Source: Candidatus Woesearchaeota archaeon (GTDB lineage Archaea; Nanobdellota; Nanobdellia; Woesearchaeales; JACJVV01). Taken from it: a DNA stretch of 34,774 nt. The position numbers and the translations under genes are program-made. The notes under the pieces are model-generated. The model searched no databases. It was not told the DNA's origin and saw only the letters and a list, made by a program, of their open reading frames with translations. Shown here piece by piece: positions 1 through 7,858 of the stretch (the stretch's first letter is position 1; the number at the start of each line of letters is the position of its first letter). The stretch covers positions 1 through 34,774 of the forward strand of contig JBLKOW010000001.1 in assembly GCA_047603135.1 (NCBI GenBank), read 5' to 3'.

Positions 1-1
1 T

Positions 2-166
2 TGGAATGACTTTCAACCTCATTATGAATTAGCTGTAGTAGTATTTCCTGATGGTACAAAGCCATATCACTTTCGCTTACCTACAATTTATTATGCTGAT
101 ATTGATGAGAGTATTTTAGAAAGATTAGCAAATATTGCTGAGTATTGTTGTGTTGTTACCATTTAA
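2..166 (+). CDS. 3' end of an upstream CDS (partial, product unknown)
   Basis: The frame is open from the window edge (WNDFQPHYELAVVVFPDGTKPYHFRLPTIYYADIDESILERLANIAEYCCVVTI) and ends at TAA 164-166. There is no start codon inside the window. Confidence 0.3.
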   Translation, partial: WNDFQPHYELAVVVFPDGTKPYHFRLPTIYYADIDESILERLANIAEYCCVVTI

Positions 167-197
167 CATTCAATCAGTTTCATTTTTTGAAACAAAT

Positions 198-207
198 CTT
201 TATAAAC
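198..207 (+). promoter_or_regulatory. TATA-like box upstream of the thioredoxin-CcdA fusion gene
   Basis: CTTTATAAAC is centred about 29 nt upstream of ATG 232. This spacing is expected for an archaeal leaderless transcript. Confidence 0.35.
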
Positions 208-231
208 CGTTTCTAAGTTATATATACACAA

Positions 232-1956
232 ATGGACAACCAACGGAAAATAAATAAAAAATCAGTCAATAAAGAAAGAACACTTGTGAAAATGAACACA
301 AAAAGTTCTATTACTGCATTCATATACGCAATATTGTTCTTTCTACTAATTGCATTATCATCAAGTATGGTGCTTGCACAGCAACCTCCAAATGTATATT
401 TCTTTTGGGGTGATGGTTGTCCGCATTGCAGTGCACAAAAGCCATTTCTAGAAGAATTAAAAAGTGAATTTCCCTCAATACAGATTTATGATTTTGAAGT
501 ATGGGGTAATCAATCAAATCGCCCTTATTTTTCAGTAATAGGAGAAGCACATGGTATTTCTGCAGGCGGAGTTCCAACGACTTTTGTTGGTGAAGAACAC
601 TTTGTAGGGTTTAATACTGCAATTGCAAATCAAATTCGTGCAACTATTTCTGACTGTGTAGCAGATGGATGTGAGGACATTTCATATCCTGCCTTAATCT
701 CGCAAGGTTGGGAAAGCCAAGATACACAAACTGATTTTCTTGGTGAGTACAATGAAACTCCGTTATGTATGCATGCATTTTTTCAAACTGAATGCGAACC
801 GTGTGAACGAACATTTTTTCATCTCGAGGAAGTTGCAGAGCGAAATAATGTAAATCTCTATATTTACTATATGGATAATGAAAGTGATGCTGAATTATAT
901 GAACGATTAAAACAAGCTCACGGTCTTCGTGTTGGAGGTTTTCCTGCAATCTTTGTTGGCGATACCTTTCATATTGGTGAGCGTGCAATTGTAGAAAATG
1001 TTGAGAAAGATGTACAGCGCTGTCTTGAGGAAGATTGTTTATGTCCTGTATCGCAACTTCATCCACAAACATCACGTATGCCTCAGCGTGGAGATATTGT
1101 TTCTGAGCGTGTTAATGTAGTAAATATTCCATTTCTAGGTGATGTGAATGTTGGTGCAATGCCACTTGCTTTAATGACTATCCTTATTGCTTTTGTTGAT
1201 GGTTTTAATCCCTGTTCATTATGGGTACTTACCTTTTTGCTTGGTATGGTTTTATTTTCAGGTTCACGAAAAAAAGTGTTAATAATTGGTATAACTTATT
1301 TAACAGTGACTGCAACAGTCTATGGTCTTTTTATGCTTGCATATCTTAATGTTTTTCTTTATATTGGTTATGTAACCTGGATAAAAATAATCGTTGCATT
1401 ACTTGCATTAACGTTTGGATTAATTAATATTAAAGATTATTTTTGGTATAAAAAAGGTGTTTCTTTATCTATTCCTGACAAATATAAACCTAAACTCTTT
1501 AAGCAAGTGCGAGGTATCTTGAAAGGAAATGTATCAGTTCCTGCAATGATTGGCGCAACTGCATTAATGGCATTAGGTATTACACTTGTCGAGCTTCCAT
1601 GCACTGCAGGATTTCCAATGATTTGGACCAACATAATTTTGCTTCATGATCTTCCATTTATGGAGTATATGTTTTTATTCTTGCTCTATGTTCTTGTATA
1701 TTTAAGTGTTGAATTAGTCATTTTCTTTTCAGCAGTATTTACTATGAAGAGTAGTGCGCTTACTGAACAGCGTGGTCGTGACTTAAAATTAGTTGGCGGT
1801 ATTATTATGGTAGTACTTGCCTATGTCATGGCATTTAGGTATGATGCAATGGGTACGATAGAAGGAACACTAGCTGTATTCTTAGTTGCATTCAGTCTTG
1901 CAGGAGCAGTATTAATTGTGCACCGTAAAGTTATTCCATACTTTAGAAAGAGATAG
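232..1956 (+). CDS. Membrane thiol-disulfide oxidoreductase: signal anchor, two thioredoxin-fold domains (CPHC and CEPC), and a CcdA/DsbD-like transmembrane domain
   Basis: 574-aa ORF. It has an N-terminal hydrophobic anchor. It carries WGDGCPHCSAQKPFLEEL (the DsbA-type CPHC motif) and a second CxxC (TECEPCERT). The C-terminal polytopic domain has two Pro-Cys motifs (GFNPCSLWVL and ELPCTAGFPMIW), as in CcdA/DsbD electron transporters. The start could instead be M21 at 292. Confidence 0.7.
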   Translation: MDNQRKINKKSVNKERTLVKMNTKSSITAFIYAILFFLLIALSSSMVLAQQPPNVYFFWGDGCPHCSAQKPFLEELKSEFPSIQIYDFEVWGNQSNRPYFSVIGEAHGISAGGVPTTFVGEEHFVGFNTAIANQIRATISDCVADGCEDISYPALISQGWESQDTQTDFLGEYNETPLCMHAFFQTECEPCERTFFHLEEVAERNNVNLYIYYMDNESDAELYERLKQAHGLRVGGFPAIFVGDTFHIGERAIVENVEKDVQRCLEEDCLCPVSQLHPQTSRMPQRGDIVSERVNVVNIPFLGDVNVGAMPLALMTILIAFVDGFNPCSLWVLTFLLGMVLFSGSRKKVLIIGITYLTVTATVYGLFMLAYLNVFLYIGYVTWIKIIVALLALTFGLINIKDYFWYKKGVSLSIPDKYKPKLFKQVRGILKGNVSVPAMIGATALMALGITLVELPCTAGFPMIWTNIILLHDLPFMEYMFLFLLYVLVYLSVELVIFFSAVFTMKSSALTEQRGRDLKLVGGIIMVVLAYVMAFRYDAMGTIEGTLAVFLVAFSLAGAVLIVHRKVIPYFRKR

Positions 1957-2021
1957 TGCTACTGTACTTGTTTCTTGATGAAAAAGAAGTGAACTCAATA
2001 CCAAGATTGACTTTTCACAAT

Positions 2022-2465
2022 TTAAATCTGCTTTTCAAGATATATTCTATTCTCACTAATATCATCTTGCTGCTCAACTTCAGTAAAAAAGAAACCATAT
2101 TTAATTAGATATGCAAGCATTTCTCTTCTATTATTTCGAGTCTTAATTCTTATTTTACTATATCTTTTTTGTTTTGCCCAATTGCTTTGAAAATCCATCA
2201 TTGCTTTAAGAAGCCCTAGCTTTCTAAATGAAGGGTTTACTCCTGCCATCCAGCAATAAAATGAACCATCGTTAAATCTATCATATCCTACTATATATCC
2301 AGCTGGACTAGAATTAACATACGCAACAATAATCAATTTTTCTTTACCTGCATACCTATTCTCAAAATATTCTTTGTCATATGCTTTATTAAACTCAGTA
2401 ACTGTTGCATTAACGCGCAAAGCTTCTTCAATTGATGCTTCTTTAATAGATATTGTTGTGTCCAT
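2022..2465 (-). CDS. GNAT-family N-acetyltransferase
   Basis: 147-aa ORF with an acetyl-CoA binding type motif (VNPSFRKLGLLKAMMDF) and typical GNAT length. A TATA-like box lies about 26 nt upstream. Confidence 0.7.
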   Translation of the reverse strand: MDTTISIKEASIEEALRVNATVTEFNKAYDKEYFENRYAGKEKLIIVAYVNSSPAGYIVGYDRFNDGSFYCWMAGVNPSFRKLGLLKAMMDFQSNWAKQKRYSKIRIKTRNNRREMLAYLIKYGFFFTEVEQQDDISENRIYLEKQI

Positions 2466-2486
2466 AGTTTAATAAAGAATCATTAG

Positions 2487-2495
2487 TTTATAAAA
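2487..2495 (-). promoter_or_regulatory. TATA-like box for the GNAT gene (leaderless spacing)
   Basis: TTTATAAAA (palindromic core) is centred about 26 nt upstream of the minus-strand ATG at 2465. Confidence 0.35.
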
Positions 2496-2525
2496 TATGT
2501 GTGGTAATTTCAGTATCTACAAGTA

Positions 2526-2537
2526 CATTTATATATT
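2526..2537 (+). promoter_or_regulatory. TATA-like box for the nucleotidyltransferase gene (leaderless spacing)
   Basis: CATTTATATATT is centred about 26 nt upstream of ATG 2558. Confidence 0.35.
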
Positions 2538-2557
2538 CATAACTTTATTCTTAATAG

Positions 2558-3322
2558 ATGAAACTAATTTATATTAAAAAAGAAGTCTCACTAAAAAAAG
2601 TATCAGCAAAATATAAACTAATTGTAAAAAATGTAAGAAGTCAGTTGCTGAAACATTCTGATAAGATTCATAGTATTTATTTGTATGGGAGTGTTGCTAC
2701 GGGGAAAGCAAAGTCTCCTTCCTCTGACTTGGATATGATAATAGTTCTAAATAGAAAACCAACATTAAAAACTAAAAGCAAGCTCAAAGACTTAGAAAAT
2801 TTATTATCGCAAAAATATCAAAAAACTTTTAGAGAAGTAGGTTTTGCGATAACGTATAAAAATGAAGTATTGCGAGGTAAGGATGCCTTTGGCTGGCGAT
2901 TTACACTCGAAATATTATCCGTAAGGATTTATGGAAAAAACCTCTTTCAAAAAAGAGTAAGATTTAGCCCAACAAAAAGACTTGCTAAAGGTTTACACTC
3001 TGATGTTTATGAAAATATTAGAGAAGCAAAAAAGAAGCTAAATTCTGCAAATACTAAAGAATATAATATACAAATAAAATCAATAATGAAGAAATTAATT
3101 AGAACTGCATTCTCTATAGTTATGGAAGATGAAAATTATTGGACTACTAATTTAGATGAAATGACAAAAATTTTTATAAAACATTATCCTACTAAAAAGC
3201 AGCAAATAAATGCAGTTTTAGAAATGACTAAAACTGAGTCACCTAATAAGAATGATGCAATTTTCATTCTTAATACTTTTGGGAAGTGGGTTTCATCAGA
3301 ATACTTTAAACGAGTTAATTAA
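2558..3322 (+). CDS. Nucleotidyltransferase-domain protein (Pol-beta superfamily, aminoglycoside/streptomycin adenylyltransferase-like)
   Basis: 254-aa ORF with the minimal NTase signature LYGSVATGKAKSPSSDLDMIIVL (GS...DxD). Confidence 0.65.
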   Translation: MKLIYIKKEVSLKKVSAKYKLIVKNVRSQLLKHSDKIHSIYLYGSVATGKAKSPSSDLDMIIVLNRKPTLKTKSKLKDLENLLSQKYQKTFREVGFAITYKNEVLRGKDAFGWRFTLEILSVRIYGKNLFQKRVRFSPTKRLAKGLHSDVYENIREAKKKLNSANTKEYNIQIKSIMKKLIRTAFSIVMEDENYWTTNLDEMTKIFIKHYPTKKQQINAVLEMTKTESPNKNDAIFILNTFGKWVSSEYFKRVN

Positions 3323-3341
3323 CTAATCCTCTACCCACAAC

Positions 3342-3872
3342 TTACTTCTTAAAAACAGAAACTAATGTTCCATGCACATCCAGTGTTGTTTCCTTGCGCA
3401 GTCCTTCAGGATGAAAGTGCGGACCAAAGACAACGAGTTTTGCCTTTTCATTCATTTCTTCCTGCAATTTTCGCTCAAGTCTGTTTCGTATATAATTATC
3501 TGGATGAATGAACAAATAATCATACTCATGAAGTGCATGGTTAAAGAAATCATCATTAATAAAGGTAACATCAACGTTTGCTTTCTTTGCAAGGCGCACT
3601 GCATGTTTATGTAGTTCATTATCATACTCAATTCCGGCTGCATTAGTAAATAAGCGCGCAGTTAAAACAGCTCTTCCATCCCCGCTTCCAAGGTCAAGAA
3701 ACTTTTTATGTTTCTTAAGACCTGTTTTTTCAAAAAGGTCAAATAATTCATGAAGCGGGCTTACTCCCCAGTACCCAATACCTGTATCTTTTACAAGTAA
3801 TCTATTTTGCATAAGCATTTCTTGATGAAACTCGTCATACAGTTTTCGCAAAGAGAGAAATTTTTTCTTCAT
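3342..3872 (-). CDS. Class I SAM-dependent methyltransferase
   Basis: 176-aa ORF with motif I FLDLGSGDGRAVL. A TATA-like CTATATATAC (3893-3903) lies about 26 nt upstream of the start. Confidence 0.7.
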   Translation of the reverse strand: MKKKFLSLRKLYDEFHQEMLMQNRLLVKDTGIGYWGVSPLHELFDLFEKTGLKKHKKFLDLGSGDGRAVLTARLFTNAAGIEYDNELHKHAVRLAKKANVDVTFINDDFFNHALHEYDYLFIHPDNYIRNRLERKLQEEMNEKAKLVVFGPHFHPEGLRKETTLDVHGTLVSVFKK

Positions 3873-3993
3873 AAGTTAGTAAAGAGAGATGTTCTATATA
3901 TACTTTTTCAATGCAATTAGTAAAATATCTTTTATAATGAAAGATGAAAAATACTACTACGTAGTAACGAAATATTTATAAATAAATCTCAAT

Positions 3994-4398
3994 ATGAAGG
4001 GGCATATGAGCTCCGAAAAGAAGGGAAAAGAAAAACTAGTCATTATAGATACTAATCTGCACGTTCAAGATCCGCATGGTATCATTCTTAGTTACTTCAA
4101 TACGCAAGGAGATAATCAATTTACTCATGGCAATACCAAAAGTTTTTTGAGACGGTGTATGGGGCTTTTTGGAACACTTGTTTTCTTGAAATTTTTTTTT
4201 CAAGAAATGATAACGACATTTTGGATGGCGCTTTTAATAGTTCTTATGGGGGCAGTTATGGGAGTTATATTTGTTAAAGGGGGAGACTTTTTTATTCGAA
4301 TATTGACACGTTCAGGTTCATCCGATGGTCTTCGTGGAGTATTTATTCAGTTAACATTTATGACACTTATCGTATTAGTCCTAGGTGTATTTATATGA
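3994..4398 (+). CDS. Hypothetical membrane protein
   Basis: 134-aa ORF with 2-3 hydrophobic helices in the C-terminal half. Its stop overlaps the next start (ATGA at 4395). The TATA-like ATTTATAAA at 3974-3982 fits the internal ATG at 4006 better. Confidence 0.45.
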   Translation: MKGHMSSEKKGKEKLVIIDTNLHVQDPHGIILSYFNTQGDNQFTHGNTKSFLRRCMGLFGTLVFLKFFFQEMITTFWMALLIVLMGAVMGVIFVKGGDFFIRILTRSGSSDGLRGVFIQLTFMTLIVLVLGVFI

Positions 4399-5000
4399 GT
4401 ATTAATGAAAAGTATAGTATAAATCAAGCATATAAGCCTTTCTTTGAATTATTAAGTTCTAAAGGTATAGCAGGTCCTATACAATTCACATTTAAAATAG
4501 CGAATAGTAATGATCTTGATAACGATCAATTAGGACAAGTACACAACATAGCATATGAGGATTGGTTTAGAAATATTGGACCTATTGCAGCGAGCATTTC
4601 TCAATATAGTGGTAGAATTATTATTGCTACAGTGCCTTACCGTGTTGAACGAGGGGCAAATCTCAATGAAGTTGAGCGAGGTTACAGAGGTATTGTATGT
4701 GAGTCAGTTGCATTTAATACTGTAGGAAGAATTTCAAATGACTCAATCGACAAAACAGTTACTGATGTACTTGCAGATTTACAAGAAGACTCACGTTTAT
4801 TTAGCTCATTTGTTTCTCGAGTTCCAGAATTACACAAGGATGATCCAATAATTCTTGTTGCAGGGCGAAGTGGTATGCTTTATAGAGCAAGCTATTCTCA
4901 TCTTTCAGATGGTAAAGGAATCAAGCTTATTCGTGAGGGCACTGTAAAAATACAAGGTAGCAAGTATGTTTATACTCCTGCATCTCACAATAAAGAATAA
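4395..5000 (+). CDS. Hypothetical soluble protein
   Basis: 201-aa ORF, translationally coupled to the upstream membrane ORF. I recognise no motif. Confidence 0.5.
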   Translation: MSINEKYSINQAYKPFFELLSSKGIAGPIQFTFKIANSNDLDNDQLGQVHNIAYEDWFRNIGPIAASISQYSGRIIIATVPYRVERGANLNEVERGYRGIVCESVAFNTVGRISNDSIDKTVTDVLADLQEDSRLFSSFVSRVPELHKDDPIILVAGRSGMLYRASYSHLSDGKGIKLIREGTVKIQGSKYVYTPASHNKE

Positions 5001-5051
5001 TTTTCTTAAGTTGTTATTCTAAACAAATTTATAATTTTGAATTCATCACCT

Positions 5052-5061
5052 ATTTTATATA
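5052..5061 (+). promoter_or_regulatory. TATA-like box (leaderless spacing) for the 5083 membrane protein gene
   Basis: ATTTTATATA is centred about 26 nt upstream of ATG 5083. Confidence 0.3.
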
Positions 5062-5082
5062 TTCAAACAACTTTTATAATAC

Positions 5083-5526
5083 ATGCTTGGGGCAATATAC
5101 TTGTTAATACTTTTTGGAGGGCATGTTGTTCTTGTACATGTCTTGAAAGGATTAAAGAACAGTATAGCTTCAGGTATTGATTTTAGTTTAACAGGTGCTT
5201 TTCTTGCAGGGTATTGGTTTGGCTGGAAGTGGGGTTTCATTGTTGGCATTATCTTTGCACTGACGAACAATATAATCCAAATGGAATTCTACCCTTCGAT
5301 GTTATTACTCATTCCAATGACTGGTGTTGTTGGTATTTGGGGTACGTTTGTTGCTATCTACAATTTACCAATACTTATGAGTGTTTTGATAGGAGTAATT
5401 GCCTATGCAATAATAACTGATATAGGTATGATGACATTATTTGGAGAACGTGATTTTGTTATGATGGGAAGCTTTTTTCTTGGGTCTCTAATCATTAATT
5501 GGATATTCTTTGACCTATTTTTCTAA
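5083..5526 (+). CDS. Small polytopic membrane protein (about 4 TM), function unknown
   Basis: 147-aa ORF, hydrophobic throughout. The overlapping ORFs 5055-5270(-) and 5214-5420(+) look like frame shadows. Confidence 0.55.
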   Translation: MLGAIYLLILFGGHVVLVHVLKGLKNSIASGIDFSLTGAFLAGYWFGWKWGFIVGIIFALTNNIIQMEFYPSMLLLIPMTGVVGIWGTFVAIYNLPILMSVLIGVIAYAIITDIGMMTLFGERDFVMMGSFFLGSLIINWIFFDLFF

Positions 5527-5535
5527 GAATTACAC

Positions 5536-5709
5536 TTAAAGAAGTCCGCGTGCTTCATACTGCTCACGTTTTGCAGTACGTCTAAATCTTCCGTACTTAT
5601 CTTCAGGAGAATATTTAGGTGGTTCAGGAATAATTGTTTCCTTTCCATCACATGTTTCTTTTAAGGTATACTTTTTGCATGATTCACAAAAACGAATGTG
5701 TCTTGCCAT
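5536..5709 (-). CDS. nop10: H/ACA ribonucleoprotein component Nop10
   Basis: MARHIRFCESCKKYTLKETCDGKETIIPEPPKYSPEDKYGRFRR matches the Nop10 zinc-ribbon plus PPKFSPEDKY signature. The ORF track begins at GTG 5718. ATG 5709 gives the canonical N-terminus. Confidence 0.85.
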   Translation of the reverse strand: MARHIRFCESCKKYTLKETCDGKETIIPEPPKYSPEDKYGRFRRTAKREQYEARGLL

Positions 5710-5714
5710 AGAAA

Positions 5715-6488
5715 TCACTTCTTTTTATTAAGACGTTTATATGAAACAGTAGCATGATGTTTTTCAAGTTTGTCAGTAACTTCTTTTATGAGAGGCTCAA
5801 ATACTGACTCTGCTTCTTTATAACTAGGTGCTTTAAATGATACATAATACTTTCCAGCTCCTTTATAGGTGCTATGCACATTACTTTTTTCAACAGGCTT
5901 AAATGCTTCTTTAATAACTTCAACACCATCATTTTCGTAACAAGAAATAGTAAACTCTCCTTCAATATGGACTTCTGGTGGTTTTATACGTTGTTTAATG
6001 ACTTCTTCAAGTTGATCAGCATGCGGAATATCGTAACTTTGCGCGGAAACTCCTTCATTAACAACATCATTAAAGAATGAAACTAAATCAGTATAATCAG
6101 CTTTAATTTTTTCGAGAATAATCTTATAATACTCAATTGTTTTTAATTTATTTTGCTGTGCAACATACTCAATGATTTTTTCAGACTTTTGAATTAACTT
6201 AATATATTCAACTTTTTTCTTTCGCTGTGAATCATTAACACGGCGTAAACTTAAATCAATATGTCCACGCTCAAGATTAATACGCAGTACAACACAAACA
6301 ACTTTCTTTCCTTCTTTTACAAAGTCGCGAATGTTACGGATACGTCCTGCTGCAATTTCAGAAATATGGATCATACCGCTTTTGCCATACTCATCTAGTT
6401 TAACAAACACAGAATTAGGTTGAACTGCAGTAATGGTGCTTAACACCAATTCTCCTTCCTCAGGAAAACCCTGCTTTTGAAATAACAT
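5715..6488 (-). CDS. eif2a: Translation initiation factor aIF2 alpha subunit
   Basis: 257 aa. It has an N-terminal S1 domain (PEEGELVLSTITAVQPNSVFVKLDEYGKSGMIHISEIAAGRIRNIRDFVKEGKKVVCVVLRINLERGHIDLSLRRV). It sits in the conserved archaeal neighbourhood with S27e, L44e and Nop10. Confidence 0.9.
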   Translation of the reverse strand: MLFQKQGFPEEGELVLSTITAVQPNSVFVKLDEYGKSGMIHISEIAAGRIRNIRDFVKEGKKVVCVVLRINLERGHIDLSLRRVNDSQRKKKVEYIKLIQKSEKIIEYVAQQNKLKTIEYYKIILEKIKADYTDLVSFFNDVVNEGVSAQSYDIPHADQLEEVIKQRIKPPEVHIEGEFTISCYENDGVEVIKEAFKPVEKSNVHSTYKGAGKYYVSFKAPSYKEAESVFEPLIKEVTDKLEKHHATVSYKRLNKKK

Positions 6489-6490
6489 GC

Positions 6491-6679
6491 TTACTCAAGT
6501 ACCTCCAAAATGCGAACACGGACAGAAGATTTTCCTCCGGTTGGAACAGCAAGACGCTTTCCACATACTAAACAGTGAACTTCAGTAGCAGATTTTCCAA
6601 AAATAACTTGCTCATTTTTGCATTTAGGACAACGGACTTTAACGAATTTTGAAACTGGTTCTCTTTGCATTTTTAACAC
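6491..6679 (-). CDS. rps27e: 30S ribosomal protein S27e
   Basis: 62 aa with a C4 zinc ribbon, CPKCKNEQVIFGKSATEVHCLVCGK. Confidence 0.9.
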   Translation of the reverse strand: MLKMQREPVSKFVKVRCPKCKNEQVIFGKSATEVHCLVCGKRLAVPTGGKSSVRVRILEVLE

Positions 6680-6994
6680 CTATACTAATTCAAGTTTCTT
6701 TGTTCGGAAACTTTTTCCTCGTGGAACGAATTGTTTTCTACTTTCAGTACATTCATATCGAAAGTCAATTCGTTTGCTTGTTTTTTTACCAGTCATTTTA
6801 AACTTTGTAACTGGAGGCTTACTACCATATTTTCCAAGATTTCCAGTTCCTTTTCCAAAGCCAGTTCGTTTTTTAGCGAATTGAGCAAGAGGATGTGTTG
6901 AACCAGGAGTTCTTTTTTTAGCTTGAACAACTTTGTGTACTGTATGTTTCTTTAAAACAGGATTATAACGTCGTATTTGTTTAGGTATCTTCAT
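6680..6994 (-). CDS. rpl44e: 50S ribosomal protein L44e (variant lacking the zinc-binding cysteines)
   Basis: 104 aa, basic. It contains the L44e-type segments KKHTVHKV and GKTSKRIDFRYECTESRKQF and is contiguous with rps27e. Confidence 0.85.
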   Translation of the reverse strand: MKIPKQIRRYNPVLKKHTVHKVVQAKKRTPGSTHPLAQFAKKRTGFGKGTGNLGKYGSKPPVTKFKMTGKKTSKRIDFRYECTESRKQFVPRGKSFRTKKLELV

Positions 6995-7145
6995 AATTTC
7001 ACCAGATTTTGTTGTTTGTTCAAGAAATAGAGGACTGTTTATAAAGGTTTTTGTGGTGTATACGCAAAGAAGTCTAGTTTACGCGTCAAAAATAATGTAA
7101 TTTTGGCTGGAAAACCAACTAACTCATTCTATTAAGCCCAAAAAT

Positions 7146-7236
7146 TCGAATGTAAAAAGTCAACATGCACGGCGAATTTATGTGTTTCTTACTAAGAAAT
7201 ACATCGCCTCGATGGGCAAAGTAGACTTTCTACTTA
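7146..7236 (-). repeat. Structured interspersed repeat, short form, copy 5 (inverted orientation)
   Basis: Its reverse complement aligns with 32388-32480 and with the 3' module of the long copies (GGCAAAG...GGCGAT-hairpin-TTCGCCGTGCA...GACTTTTTAC). CAAAAAT occurs on both flanks (7139-7145 and 7237-7243). Confidence 0.85.
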
Positions 7237-7334
7237 CAAAAATGCATAAACTATTTATATCGCAGTAATATATGCTGGAATAGTATAATATAGATAGAGA
7301 TAAAAAATCACATAAAACTATATGGGGGGATATT

Positions 7335-7727
7335 ATGGCAGAACAATCAGCAATTGGCGCATTTGTGCTTCGAATTGCAGTTGGTTTAATTTTTTTGGTT
7401 GCAGGTTTTGGTAAATTGATGAATCCAGCAATGCCAACAGGTATGCTTGAGGGGCTTGGCTTTCCAATGGCAGCAATGTTTGCATGGGTACTCATCATTG
7501 TTGAAATTGGTGGCGGTGCAATGCTTCTTTTAGGGTGGAACGTGCAATATGCATCAATTCCGTTAGCAATTATATTAGTTGTTGCAACAATTACGGTGTT
7601 TATACCGCAACTTGGTGGCGATAATCCAATGGCAATGATGGATGTGCTTTGGCACGTAATTGGAATTGGCGCATTAATCAGTTTGTATTTAACTGGTCCT
7701 GGTGCGTACGCACTCCAAAAGGAATAA
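7335..7727 (+). CDS. DoxX-family membrane protein
   Basis: 130 aa with 4 TM. The N-terminal LRIAVGLIFLVAGFGKL pattern is typical of DoxX. A purine-rich SD-like GGGGGGAT precedes the ATG. Confidence 0.65.
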   Translation: MAEQSAIGAFVLRIAVGLIFLVAGFGKLMNPAMPTGMLEGLGFPMAAMFAWVLIIVEIGGGAMLLLGWNVQYASIPLAIILVVATITVFIPQLGGDNPMAMMDVLWHVIGIGALISLYLTGPGAYALQKE

Positions 7728-7737
7728 ACCTAATCTA

Positions 7738-7753
7738 TTTTTTTATTTTTTTT
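7738..7753 (+). terminator. Oligo-T tract (T7-A-T8), a likely archaeal intrinsic termination signal after the DoxX gene
   Basis: TTTTTTTATTTTTTTT begins 11 nt after the stop codon, between convergent genes. Confidence 0.4.
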
Positions 7754-7858
7754 AATTCTATTTTCTTATATTTAGTATATGTCTTTATTATACACTTCTT
7801 TTGAAATGAGCATTGTAATAAAAGCTAATAAATAAAAGAATAAAAAAAGAAAAAATTT

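Noticed and set aside
7178-7498. Minus-strand 106-aa ORF.
   Set aside because: It overlaps the DoxX gene start in antisense and runs through repeat copy 5. It has no independent support.
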